From NCBI RefSeq assembly GCF_009914755.1, contig NC_060929.1: a DNA stretch of 64,000 nucleotides; one strand, given 5' to 3'. The stretch comes from the human T2T-CHM13v2.0 reference genome, Homo sapiens. A program made the translations under genes and the position numbers. This document shows positions 1 through 14,329 of this stretch, in pieces (position 1 is the stretch's first letter; each line of letters starts with the position of its first letter). The notes below the pieces were generated by a model. It worked only from the letters and a program-made list of their open reading frames with translations, was not told the origin of the DNA and made no database searches.

Positions 1-322
1 AGAAATTTTTTTATGATTCAATTTGTTGAACCAAATTGGTAAAATTCCCGGGTTTATATTTATATATATATATAAAAAAATAATTTGTTTCCTTTTTTGG
101 ATGATGAATTGCTAATTGAGAACATATAAAGTATCAAAATATTAGTTTGGCTTGTATATATTTTGTCATAGTCACAAAAGCAGTCACAGTAATCACAAAA
201 GCAGTATAGGAAGAAACAATATTCATATAATATCGGGAAACAAAAGCAGCTTGAGACTTGGAACAAAAGAAGGAAGTACTCAGAAGATTAAATTAGCATA
301 GTTTACAGACTTTGTCTAGATT

Positions 323-760
323 GCATTAATGGCCCCAATTCCTTACCACTCCATCTATCCATAACTTCTTCTAAGTTTTCAACGCTCTCCCACTGTGGAT
401 AGGTATCATTCTTCGTCCCTAGGCTTGGTTTGTGATTGGCTTTGGCCAATATAACCAGACACTAGCAGTGTCTTGAAAAGTTTTTGCAAGGTTGATCTCA
501 CTAGCTTTTGAGCTGCTCACATCTCCACATCAAAACCATGTCTGGGGTAGCCCTATGGTGCTGTGAGGAGGATGAACAACATCTGAAGCAGAGAAATATC
601 AACTGAGGTGCCCTAGGCAAGCACAACCTAGAGCAGAGCCCTGACCAAATTTCAGATGCATAAGTAAACCAGCCATCTACTGACACTCGAACAAACCCAT
701 CCAACATAAGCTAAACTCAACCTAGATCAGCCTAAGACCCTGCTCTCACATAGGCAAGTT
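323..760 (+). mobile_element. Old MaLR LTR remnant (MLT1-type)
   Basis: Degenerate MLT1-like blocks (aatggccccaattcc, tgtgattggctttggccaat, cagccatctactgac); boundaries approximate. An A-run follows at ~764-789. Confidence 0.55.
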
Positions 761-1264
761 AGGAAAAAAAAAAAAAAAAAAAAAAAAAACAGTGTAGTTG
801 ATATAAAGTAACCCATGAAATGGAATAATCATAATCCATAATCATTCCATATTATACTGTTACAGAAATATATAATATGTTATTTATCTCAATTTTTATT
901 TCTTCAGAATGATATTTTGTTCTAAATAGAAAATATGAATATATACAATTATGCTAATGTATGGAGGTGATATATCATAATTGTTTGTGATCCTGTATCA
1001 AAATAAAGTCATTCATGTCAAGTAGCAGTGAACCCACACTGAAGTTCTTCACCCCTTCTTCAAAATGAAAAACATTTGTGTAATGGACTGAGGTGATAAC
1101 ACCCACTTTTTCCTGGTACCATAGGAGGCCTGAAACACACCATAGAAAATGAAGAGTGGCTGAGATAATGTGCATAGACCAACCTGCAGAAGATACAAAA
1201 ACAGCCAAATCCTGGCCTTGTCTGAGATACCTATGGAGACTCTGCCCATAAGAACTCTGAGGCA

Positions 1265-1592
<328 letters not shown>

Positions 1593-1684
1593 TTACCAAA
1601 GACTCTGCAGGAGAGAAGCAGTGACCAACTCACTGACCTGCATTCAAAGGACTTCAGGACCCACTGGACTAGTCTGTTGGCGTG

Positions 1685-1783
1685 CTGTGGTTTGTTAGCC
1701 TCCTTTTACTATCACTGTGGTTTGTTAGCCTCCTTTTGCTACTGCCTCTAAACTATACTGTGGTTTGTTAGCCTTCTTTTACT
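1685..1783. repeat. Three copies of a 26-bp unit CTGTGGTTTGTTAGCCTYCTTTTRCT
   Basis: Copies start at 1685, 1715 and 1758, separated by 4 and 17 nt. Confidence 0.9.
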
Positions 1784-2509
1784 GCTGCTTCTGTGCTGAA
1801 TATTAATTGCATGATTGTGGTGTGTGAAGGCCTCACAATTAACTATGAATTCCAGCATAAATAATTGACTATTGACCCATCATAAAACCTTACAGCTTAG
1901 GTGGGAACTTTTACAGCTTGGCAGTGAGAACCCAATTAACATAACAATCAGTGTAGCTTACAACAGGAAAAGCCTAAAAAGCTATAATAAGACAGACTTT
2001 GAAAATATCTAATGATATGCATTAAGTACAGACAATTATAACCCAGAAAACATGCAACTTAGTGGAAAATATAAAGTAATAATAATAATTTCACTCTTTT
2101 TTCTGACGTAACTGACATTGAAACTTAAATAGTAAGAATAAAGGTACAATGAAAAATCATTCACGTTGTTAAGATGTGTAGAACATGTTGAAAATTGTGA
2201 AATGTCCAACAGCATTCCATGGATAAAATTGAAAGAAGATGCTAGAAGTTGGAAAGCATACTTCTTTTCTGAATATGTGGAATAGTACTGAGAGTAGTAG
2301 ATCTTTTAATACGCTTCACTTTTATGCCGTATTTCCCAACAGATGATCACTAGAGTCTTCCCTTGAATCTGAAACATTTCCTTAAACTTGAGATTCAAAT
2401 AATCTCCTCTTTGCTGATAATTCCACTTGAATGTCTAACAGGCAGTTCAAACTTTACATAAATATCACCCTTCCCTGGTCATCCTGTCTAAAATGTAAAA
2501 TCTCACTTT

Positions 2510-2960
2510 CTAGTTACTATTGTAATAGACCATCCCAAAACATGGTGGAATATAAAACTGTCATTTTGTTAAGCTCACAAATTCCTTGGATCAAGAATTA
2601 GGAAAGACCAAGAATAGAATAGTTTATCTATGGCTGTGGGGACTTGAAGGCAAGAAGACGAAACTATCTGGCCATATCTTCAATCACATATTTGGCTTTC
2701 AACTGGATCCTCAGAAGGGATTTTCAATCAGATGATCTACACATGCCCTGGGCTTACTCACCAAATAGAAATTGTAGGATAATTGGAATTTTTAGATGGG
2801 GGCACAGAGCTCCAAAAGCTAGTGTACTAATGAGCAAAGTGAAGTGTTTATTGTGAACCTACCTGCAAAGCCACATATTGTCAGTTCAACTGCATTCTTT
2901 TGAATAAAACAGTTTTAAGTCCACCAAGGTTCAAGAGAATGTCACCTAGATACTACTTTT
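2510..2960 (-). mobile_element. MLT1-type MaLR LTR remnant, flanked by L2-like fragments
   Basis: tagttactattg...ccatcccaaaacatggtgg...aagctcacaaattccttggatcaagaatt resembles a reverse MLT1 end; L2-like pieces at ~2420-2505 and ~3060-3250. Confidence 0.5.
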
Positions 2961-5900
2961 AATGGCAAGGTGGTAACATCATCACATGTAAGATAGATAA
3001 CCTAGTTGTCACTGTCTTTGAAGGTAACATCTATGAGAACCACGTACTCTTTCTGCTTCATTTGCTCCTCATCACTTACCCCAACATTCAGTATGTTTTA
3101 TCTTTTTATTTACTGTACGTCTTCTCAATAGAATGTAAGTGTTGTTTTTTGTTTGTTTGTTTGTTTCAATTGATTTTTCACAGCACATAGAAGATATCCT
3201 GGAAGAATTCATAGTTTGACAAGGTTTTGTTGGTTGGATAAATAAATGAGAGTTGAGGCAGGTCACTGTCCAGAAACAGAAAGTTTATTTTACCTTTGAC
3301 TACGCACAAGTCAGCTTCTTCACTAGCTCCCTTAGATTGCTGAACAACTGAATGGCACTCAAAATTAATATCATCTGGCCCTTAAATTGATGTTCATTGA
3401 TATGTTTAAAGAGATACCTCCTACACAATTTGGTGAAAACAAAAAAACTAAGTAGCTATGACTCCACAAACAAAGATGAAGAAACAAGAAAAAATAACAA
3501 AAAAAGCATATATAAAAATTCCAATATACAAAAATGGAAGTTAATAAGTGGTTTTAACAGAAATAAAAGTATATTTTAATAAAATATTTCAAGAAATTAT
3601 AAAATATTATAGTCAATAAATGCTATTGATCCTTGATGAAATACAAAGTATGATGACAATAAATAAAGAAGAAATTGTAATTGAGTATGTTATACATGGA
3701 GCTATAAGAATAGAAGAAAAATTACAAATGAGGCTACTATAAATAAAAACAGAAAAAATGACATTGGATGAATTAAAAGGCTGAATGAGTCTATAAAATA
3801 AATTTCAAAAAAGGACTTTGTATTCAGAAGAGAAAATTTAAAAAATTAAAGAGAAATAATAAGTATTTAGGATAGAACACAGATAATTAATTTGTCCTAC
3901 TTAAGTTAGATAAAATAAAATTTTTCTTAAAAGAAACACTGGACAGATTTAAAGACATAAGTAAACCCTGAAGGACTGGGTCAGCTATGTAGGATGTAGA
4001 AGTAATAGCTGCTTGTGAAAGTTAGGAATGGGAAGAAGTAATGTCAACATGGCTCATTTTGTCCTCACTCCCAAGCCATGTATTCCAACATATTTTTAAT
4101 CAGACTAAAGGATACCATTTTGATCTTAATCTGTGTTCTGTCTCTATCTAGCACTCAGCTGTTCCAAAACTTGAACAGAGACAGGGAAGTGTTATGCTAT
4201 ATCCTTGCCGTTCATAACTATCTGGGCTCTGAGACCAGGAATCTTGAGAAACAGAGGTTTAAAATTAGTGATCAAATTAACTTCACTGTTATTTAACAGG
4301 GTCACGTGTTAAGTCTTAATTCCCACCATATGGGCTTTAAAAGTTTTTGACGCAGATCTGTCCAATGTGCAGTAGTTTGTCCTCAGGCGAGAGGTGGGTA
4401 ATTTTAATGTAGGAGAGGAACTCCTTACACACAGGCAGAGCTTCTACTGCAGAGCTTTGGAAACACGTATGGGCTTCTCTAGCTTTAGCAGATGTAAATT
4501 CTGCCTTATTTTATCATCCTTTCTTTATACAGGCATTTTAGATATTACATTAGAATGTTATTTGCTGTTTTTACTATATTTCTTAGCAATGTTTATATGA
4601 GTCTTGGCCTTTAAATTGCAAAGATTTTTGTTTTCTACGCATGACAAGTGAGAATATGTCGTTAAATATTTAGAATAAGACCTAAGTTGACAGTACTTGA
4701 TCAGGTGATCCAAGTTTAAACTCCCACCCCTACCCATTACTACCATTTGTAGCTAAATGTTTAATTTATGGGAAGGACTCAAAATTTGAAAATCTAAACT
4801 GTAGATTTTCCTTTGGAAGGTGGTATATTTTATTAAGACAAAACGTATATTAGAAAGCAGAAACAGCATTATAATGTTGCAATCAAGTAGAGAAACAACA
4901 ACATCTATAAAATTATTTCAAGTATAAAGAAGCTCATCATTAATACTGTTTTTCTTAAAACTAAGTTTCTTCAGGAAAATAAAGAAAAATAGAACTGTTG
5001 AAAGAATTAAAAGTAAAAATAAAACTTGTTAGCCTTACAGTCAGAACATGTGGGTAAATAAATATGAAAAGAGCGAATAGTTAAGCTGGCTTAAGAAAGA
5101 GATTTAATTGATAGAAAAATTAAACTTTTATAGGAGAGTCTGGGTAAATTTAACCAGTAAGTAAAAACTTAAAGTCCAATCTCAACATATATAAAGGAAT
5201 CTGTATAAACTATATTTGAAACCTGGATGTATGTGCTCTTCAAAAAGTTATTAGATAAGTTTTAGATATCATAAATATTATCAGACCAGAAATGGTGTAT
5301 GGAACTCACAGATATCTAAGAAGACAAGAGGTGGGATCTCAAAAATCATGCTCTGATTTCCCTAAAGGATCAGAAGATCTCAGAATTTATGGAGCAGTAT
5401 CTCCTCAAATCAGAAAGTAAAGGATGCACACAAAGAGGAATCTGGAAAACCTCCCCTTTATCACTGGATGGCTATATAAACGTTCTTACCAAAAATCTGA
5501 GAAGACATTCAGGGAGATCAGCTTCGTCTACTTCAAGCATTATTAGGTGGTCTTCAAAGTCTTAGGTGCATTGAAGAAATATTTTTTAACGTATTATTGA
5601 AATGGTATTTGAATGGAATATTTTGTAAAAATAAAGCACAAAAAAAGCAGATAGATAGGAGAAATATAGAAGAAGTCCAAAATTGATTTGGAAGTTGATC
5701 ATATAGGGTCAGATGTCTAAATCAGAAAATGGATTGGTGGCAGATTTCTTGGAATAGTGTGTAATTTTGACAAAGCCACCTTTCAATGTAATCTCCTGCT
5801 AAAGTTGTCACCTTTATCTCTCAGTCTCTTTTCTTCACATTGATCGTAAAGCTTTTGCACATTTCTTCTTTTAGAAGCTCGTCTTCCTGATTTATGCATG

Positions 5901-8116
5901 AATTCCTCGTTTTTGTCATTTATTCACAAATAAAGATTACCTCGTGTAGAAGCTGTTTCCTTTCCACTTGCTAGAAGTTATTTTGCCAATCACATATGAT
6001 TATTTTATCATTTTTTAATTACCATCAGTGCATGAAATTATCTTTATTATTCACTTGTTTTTATTATAATCTTATAATTTCAAATAAAATGTAAATCTAC
6101 TGTCCCTTGCTTTACCTCCGTGTCTTCAGTGCCTAGAACAGGACTGTCATACACAGTGACTCAATACACATTTACTTATGGGTGATTCCCTGCCTGACTG
6201 TTACAGGAAGAAGGACCAGGAATATCAGAATCTGAAGTGTCCTCTAAAGTCATAAAGACTAGAAGGCATTGAATAATGTTTCTTAACTATGCAAGGACTT
6301 CAGAATTAGATCTCACATAGATATATACAACTGTGTGTAGATTCGAAAAACAGAATTAAATGGGTAAAACTTTTAGGAAAATGTACATTTTTGAGTTAAT
6401 AAATGTATGTAAAATAATTATTAATGACTTAAAAATATGATCACAGTGTTAAATGTGTCTTTTGTAAATTATACAAATATGAGTTTTATTTATTAAAGCA
6501 TTTCAAATGTTCAAGAGTTACGTATGTTTTGTCATTTAAAGTGACCCACATGGGAAAAAATAACTACAAATTCTAATTTTCTAAAATCAAAATAGTATAT
6601 TAATGACATATCTCGCCAAATATGTAAGTATTAAGAAGAGAGAATAAATTATTTAAAAACATTTGATCATTTCAACATTCATTACTAATATACAAAAATC
6701 AAACCCAACCCTTACAATAATTACTATAGAATTTAAAGAATATTCAAATACTTGAACAAATAATTGGCAAGAGGTATCCACACATATGTGAAGGAATACA
6801 ATTTGACAGATATAAAAATATACTGTGATGTGTTAAAACAGTCTATAATATTTTAATATATTTATTTTATAATATAAAATATTTATAGTTGTAATGTATT
6901 TATAAATAAATAATATTTGCTTATAAATTATCTTAAAAATGCTGTTTCTTGAAAATATAAACAGCAAATATAAGACAATCTGGATATTTTCCAATAGCAG
7001 GATTTTCACTTGGAAAACAAAGTCTTTAAGCTTATGAGGAAAAATATTGAAAGAATATTTCAAATTTATTTTAAACTAAAAAATGATAATGTGTGGCTTA
7101 TAGATATATTTAACAAATAAAGACAAAAATAATGTAGTTTGGGGGAGAGAAAGAGCAGGATATATTTGCTTGAACCATAAAAGTTACCATCTTTTGGTTA
7201 GAGCATTAATTAAAGAATGTAAGAAGACAGAGGATGAAAAATGGAAATTATTTTAGCATAAATAAAAAGAGGGATAGAGAGACTTAGAATTAGTTAAAAT
7301 AATATGTTTTTAAGGCTATACTTTTTCTTATATGTTCAACTTTAACATTTGAAAATTTGATGATTTTCTTATATTATCATGACAAGTTATGGCCTCTTCA
7401 GTTGCTAACATTTTTATACTGTGTCTTTCTCTATGCCAGAAAATAATAATGTTACCATATATTGTGTGATTTATAATATTTATCTTCTATCAATGAATAA
7501 AATTATGAATTTAAGTTCTGAGATCTATTCATTGCTATTGAGTGGTTACATTGTACCAAGAAAATTTCCTAGGCTACTGAAATATATATATATATTATGG
7601 ACAAAGTGACCATGAATAAGTGAGCATAATAAGCTTGCAAATAGCAAGGTGTAAGGAAATAATCAGTGTTTTGTCAAGTATATGTGTTAAAATAGTGTAG
7701 TTGGAGGTAATGGTATTGACAAAAATTTATCAAACGTAAAAGTAATAAAAATAGTGAAAGATGAAAGATGCAATGTGTTAAAATACTCAATGGCTTTCAA
7801 ATAAGAAATGGGACAGCAGTTGAATTTAGAAAAATGTAAGAAAAGATTCAGCAACTGAAATAGAGATTTGAGGTAATTATAAAGTAGAAATAGTAAGTGT
7901 GATGGTTTAAGTAGCATGAAAACACTAAACTGTAAACCAGAGTAGATATGAAATGAGAAATACATATATGATGATTTCAGCATTTAAAACTCTGTTTTAT
8001 GCATCTCAAAAACTATATAGATGATAGCTAGACTATATATGTAGATATATATATCTATATAGTGTGTATATACATGTATGTATCTGTATCTATATCCATA
8101 TCTATGTAGATAAACA

Positions 8117-8402
8117 TTTTTTTGAGAGAGGGTCTTACTCTATTGCCAAGTGTGGAATGAAGTGGTGCAAACAGTCCACATCAGCCTCCACCTCAAAAAC
8201 TCAAGCAGTTCTCCCACATCAGCTTTCCTAGGGCTTCTGCAGGTACGACAGACATGCACCTGGCTATTTTTTTACTTTTGTGTTTTTACTTTTTGTAGAG
8301 ACAGAGTTTCCCTATGTTGCTCAGGCTGGTCTCGAACTCCAGGCGTCAAGTTATCCTCCCACTTCAGCCTCCCAAAGTGCTGGGATACCACCATGCCTGG
8401 CC
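8117..8402 (-). mobile_element. AluJ (old, diverged)
   Basis: Reverse Alu dimer with tatgttgctcaggctggtctcgaactcc and cctcccaaagtgctgggat; heavy divergence. Confidence 0.88.
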
Positions 8403-11400
8403 CAAAAAATACTTTACAGATTAACTCATTTGTTCTGTGAATGAACATCAATACAGTACTTTCACAAATATAAAGTTTTTATCTATAAATCCTTTCCTGC
8501 TGTTCAACTAGACAGTTAAATCAAAACATTTACAGTATGAAAAGACAATAAGTATTTTCCCCTGGTCCAAGACATTTTCTCCATTCTGCCATACAGACAA
8601 AAAAGTAGTATGGTATTATACATTCTCAAATTATTACTCCCTCATTATCTCTCTCTCTTTCTTTCTCATATTTACCTATGCATACATAATTAAACAAGTA
8701 TGCACATTTTCAAGTGACTTTTAAAATTGCAGTTCTTCATGAATGCTTTCCTTGACATGCATACAAGATCAAATTCTTGTTTTATATCTCATAGCACCTT
8801 CTAATTCTCTTTTGGGGACTTCATACAATTTAAAGTAAGTAAATATTTTGGGAGATGTTTTTAATTTTATGTTGCTACCCAAGGTTAGAATGAGTACACT
8901 TTATCATAGCTATAACTCTCACTTCATAGCAGTCTCTATTGAAAACTAGAACTCAATAAAATACATTTTGAATGAATAAATATATTTAAACCCACATACT
9001 TTATTCTCCTAGATTTAGAACTGGAGATGATAATACCTCTGCAATGTATAAAACATAAAATGTCTCGTTATCTTTTTTATCATATTCACTCTCATCCTTA
9101 TTGTTAATTTTTAGCTTTCCGGAACTGATTTTCTATCTCAGTGCTAACTACTGTGATTCCAGGACTTTACTTAGATTTGCAGCTGCAAGCCCATATAACT
9201 GTTGCAAATCTCAGGAAGAAGAAAAATGTTTCCTTTTCTCTGCAGTTCCATAGAATAATCCATATTATAGAACTACTACTATAACTTTAAAGGTTAAATG
9301 TTACCTTGTAAGAGAAATAAAATTTTGATTGGCTATTTAATAATTGTGGCCCTTAAAATAACATTTAATTTTCTATTTTATGATAGTAATAAATGTAAGT
9401 TTCATTTGTCAAACCGTAAGTCCATTGGCCATTATTATGTTTTTCTTTCTACATGCATCACACTTGCAGCGTAAGCGACAATAATAAACATGAAAACGAT
9501 GGCAATGAAAATAAAATGTCTATTAAATGTATTTGATTTAATATTTGGAAATATTTGATTTTCAATATCTCATTTAAATTGACATTACCTTCTAGCTTTC
9601 GTGTAAGGATTGGCTATAAATAAATCATTAAGCAACCATCAGAGTGACAAACTATGAATTAAATGCTCAGTTAAATCAGTCAATGTGACATAATGAAAAG
9701 TACTTCATTAGGTGGAGAGGTCATTAGCATCTGGGGCAATTATTACATCTGATTTTACATCTGATTTTGCTGGATAGCAAAATACATAGTGTCACAGTGA
9801 AATGACAACTCTAATGTGATTTTTTTCATGAATAATTTCTCTCCAGAACAGAGGCAAAATTAATGTTGAATTTTTAAATAATTACTTTAAACTAATTAAA
9901 GATAGAAAAATCAATGAAAGGAAGTCTTCAAGATATGAAAGAAAATAACGATTAATCATTGGCTAAATTGTTTCGGAGTAAACAATTTCCCTGAGTACAA
10001 ATTGAACCTCATATTCCCAGTTCGTTTCCAGTACAGAGTCAAAGTGTCATATTATATTAAGCGAATAATAAGACTCCACAGCTCATTAAAGCATAAATTC
10101 ATTTCTTTGCTTCTCTAGTGGTGTATATGTGTTTGCATTTTTGCCCTGAGGACAGATACTAACATGAACATTTATCTGTAATTAAAGATTCACCGACCAT
10201 TAGCAGTATAGCACTTTCACTACCAGTTAAGGCAAATGAATAAAGCTGTTTCAAAAATTATATCCTATCCCATGTGAAAGTTATCCACATTTTCTCCAGG
10301 TTTCCTCCAGGAGAATACCTTCCTACAATAGTTTTCTCTAAAGCTAAGACAGAAATGTTTGATAATCCACCATCTGTTATTTTTTCTCAATAATAATTAG
10401 AATTTTTTTGTGTGTGTTTCTGTGCTCTGTAAGGACTTTTAAAATTGATCAGAGAAAATAAGAGCTAACCCTAAGTTTGCCTGTTTGTATACTGAAGGGT
10501 ATGTGCTAGAACAGATAAAGATGAAGATCAGGAAGCTGAAGGGACAGATGCAAGGCTGCACAGCTACTCATCAAATCTGGAATGGAAATACTTTATTGAT
10601 ATAAAACTGAATATCTACAAAAAATTTTCCCAGTAATGAAAGATTACAATGTGCCTTGATTATACTTTACTAGTGATCTTAAGATGCCAATGAGTGACTG
10701 CCAAAAACAGTGCTTTACGTCAAACATCTGAGTAAAATTATCTTCTCTAGATTCAACCACCCAGTAATGGTCTATTGAGAAAAAAAAATCTGTGTTCTAA
10801 ATTTTGGAATAAATTACCTATTTATTCTACAGTCGTTCAACTAGTTAATATGTATTGAAAATTTTGCATTGAGTATAGCAAAGTGGGTAAGAACAAAGAA
10901 TATGAAGCTAATTTACATGGGTTCAAGTTCTTTTTCTGTCATTTTTCCGTGTGAACTTAAGCAAGCTGTTATTTAAGCTCTCTCTTTCTTGATTCTTCTC
11001 TACAATGTGGGGTGTGACAACTGCTGGAACTCATCACTACCCATTTTTTCCTTTTGTTCGTGAGTATAGAGTCTACTTATATTCCTCATCCCATATACGT
11101 TCACAACAATCCAGGAAATAGTCCCTGCAAGTGAAAGGTAAACATAAGTAGTTAAAACACTTCGAAGCCTGGCCCATAAAAATCTATCTATGCATAATTG
11201 TGTTCTTCTTCCCCATCAATATGTAATAAAATGGAAAGAACTCTGAGGATATGCAAGGCCAAGTCTACAGGATGGAAGATGGCAATGAGCCTGCATGACT
11301 GTGTAGGGAAGAAACTTTCTGGCACCAGGTGGAACCCACAATGATGTAAAAAACCAATATATTTTCCTTATGTAAAGCTACAAAGTTTTAAGATTTCAAT

Positions 11401-11571
11401 TGGTTTGTAATATAATTATCCATCTCTGCACCAAAAAAAAATGAGGTTGTAAATGTCTTTATGTCATAGAGTTAAGTGGGGATTAGTGGGTTAATAGATG
11501 TAACACCAGGAACAGAGCCTGACATTAGTTAAGGTCAAACACATATCTTCTATTTAATTGATTAGAATAAC

Positions 11572-11933
11572 TGTGGCGAAATGAGTAGGATTCTCCAAAC
11601 ATTCACGGGCTGCTCCACGTTGCCGAGCTTCCCTTGCTGTCGACTTGGGGACTCTAGTTGAATTTGGACCAATGAGATGTGAGCAGAGCTAAAGGCAGAC
11701 ACCACCATGCCTGCCTTGAAATGTATCTGTGTGCACACCTCCTGTCATTCTTGCCCTGTTGTGGGACCTGGGAAAGCAAATGATGAAGACGATGTTATCG
11801 AAAACACAAAGACTCCAGAGCCCTAAGTTACTACTGGAAACAACACTGGCCTCTGAAAATAAACCTTTATACCAGAAAGCCACTGAGATTTTGGTGTTCA
11901 CTTGGACCACACCAAAGCCTGTCCATCCCTAAC
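11572..11933 (+). mobile_element. MLT1 (J/I-like) MaLR LTR
   Basis: tgtgg start, ggaccaatgagatgtgagcaga, aataaaccttt...aagccactgagatttt near the 3' end. A similar remnant lies at ~11020-11420. Confidence 0.6.
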
Positions 11934-12371
11934 AGTGATGATGATGATCAAGTCTGTCATGGATGTAGTAACATATGTAGTAGTTTCTGTATTCTTGGAA
12001 AATTTATAGTCTACTTAGGGAAATAAATTGTATGTACTTTAACTATAGGGAAGGTGTAAGAATATGCATAATAACTACATTATTATTTCTAGAAAGAATG
12101 AACTTTTTCAATTATCCATGTCAGTTCAAAGTGTGACATTAAAGAACAAAAGGGTTTCTATTTGGTGATTGTTAAGGATATGTACTTATGTTAATTCTAC
12201 AGGTACTAAATATATATTTTATTTTAGTTTTTTTATTACTATTTTTCTACTGGGAAAATAATTTACTATATATCAAAATATACACTGTATATAAAAATCA
12301 TGTTTCCTAGTATAAAATCAAAAATCATCTTTCTGAAAAAAAATGTATTAAACAAAATTATGTGATCCCAT

Positions 12372-12777
12372 TGTTTTGAACTGTGTGCCTGCCTGGGCTC
12401 CAGTGGACCAAACCAAACCAAAATGGATTCACTCATGCTAAGTGTCACGTAATCTAACTGAAAAATTAGGGAAGCAGATAGATTCTAAAACAGAAACAGT
12501 TTTTCCTGAAAATAGGAGATTCTACTCTAGCTGAGTCAGCGTAATGAGAAAGTTCCCCTTTGTTTCAATCCTTACAAGAAAAATAACCTGAAGTGACCTG
12601 ATATTAATCAATCAACTTTTTTCCCATTGTTCCCACTTTGCAAAACCCACTGTTCTGCCTTTGCCCAGAGGGAAATCTCATTCTCTTTTGTAGAATGGAG
12701 GCTACCTTGATTCATGAAGCATGAATAAAAGCCAATTAAATCTGTAACTAAATTTGTCATAATTTTATCTTTTAATA
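12372..12777 (+). mobile_element. ERV1 solo LTR (MER31/MER67-like)
   Basis: accaaaccaaaatggattcactcatgct near the 5' end; aataaaagccaattaaatct...ttttatctttt at the 3' end, typical of MER4-group LTRs. Confidence 0.6.
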
Positions 12778-14329
12778 CTTAAATATATCTGTTTGAAATT
12801 TTTTCTGTCAGTTTTAAATAAAATGGCTTTTGAAAATCCGGGCCTTTGGGGATCCTGTTAACTCCGTTAAGGTGAACTCCCTTTTGATTTGGGGACTACA
12901 CGTTCTTACAGCCCTTTCCTGATGTGCAAGAGATGATTCGGTTTTTGTCTACTTTTGTTTTGTGTTAAGCATGCTCTAATAGATTTGTTCTTCAAATAGG
13001 CAATCTAGAAATACAAAATTCTAGAACAAATAAATATAATTAATAAATAATATATTCTTTAAAAAATTTAAACCTTTCTTCTACTACCAATATGTGACCT
13101 TTTACCAGCCATTTCAAAGAAACAGTCTCAGATTTGATTCTCCTTTAGAATATTATAGTTATGAATGGTATGGTGTCTCACCAGAGTTAGAAATTTTATT
13201 CTTTTGATTGATTTTTAACAGTGGGAAATAGCTTTAGAAATGTGAATGATTCCTATTTTCAACCTCGTATTGAGGAAAGCATGACCCTCCAGAGTAAAAA
13301 ATAGATATGCTGGTATCTCTTTCATTTTCTCATGTCATATACAAAGTTTTAGATACCGTTTCTATTATGGCATTCTTTATAACATTCAACAGTCTTAATT
13401 TTTAAACTGTTTAAAATGTTAAACAGTTTAACATTTCAATAGTATTATCCTATACGTTCAAATGACTATATTTTTATTTATTTCTTTTTCATATACTATG
13501 TAGTTATGAGTCACTCCTCTGTTTAGGTAAGAATCCTCTGTTTAGGGTAGCAAAAACAAAAAGCATAATCTCAGGATAGGGGGTCGCATTTAGGGTTAGA
13601 TAGAAACTAATGTAAAAAATTATTCTTTATGAAGTTTATATGAGATAAATTAACAAACAGAAAGCAGAGCAAAGATAAAGGAACTCTGGAAACTTTTGGT
13701 AAAAGTAAAATACATCCGTAAAAGTCATTTTTAGCTTTTTTTCCCTTTCCTTTAAATTCAGAAGAGTCAAATGTTGTGAGAAGTTCAGTGATATTTACAT
13801 GTGGCAGGCTTACAAATTCAAAGGGGCAGAGTCAGTGCGTTTGGAGGTTTAAAAGAAAAGCTTTGGTTTCAGATGCTTGATCAAAAAATTATGTCGAATC
13901 CCATGTATTCACTGTGATAAGTGTAGAGTACTTTTTAATTTCTTTACATCATTAAATTTCTTAAATAAATCACACATATAATTAACTGTTTCTGTAACAG
14001 ATTTCTGGAATTGGTGTGTGTTACATTTGAAGCCATGTCCGTTCTTGCAGATATCATAGAATCATATTCAGACTCATGTGTTGCCTTGAGACTGGCCACA
14101 CACAAATGCCTCTACAATACAGCTTTTTTCAATTCACATGTTACTCAATGTATATCCATTTTCCTAAAATATATAATTGGTTTTGAAAAAATACCCCAAT
14201 TTCAAAGATAATATAAGCATAAAATATAAAAATGAAACCACCTACAACGTATTTCATGTTTCTTTCTTGCGTGAGTGGTGCAAACTTTCCCCCCTCAGAT
14301 TATACAATGAATAACCCGCTGTTTTCTAT

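Noticed and set aside
764-789. Isolated poly-A run suggesting a processed pseudogene tail
   Set aside because: The upstream sequence looks like an MLT1 LTR, and I found no TSD or mRNA-like ORF.
1685-1783. Repeat-spacer pattern resembling a mini CRISPR array
   Set aside because: Only three units, spacers of 4 and 17 nt, no cas genes, and a primate context; it is a local tandem duplication.
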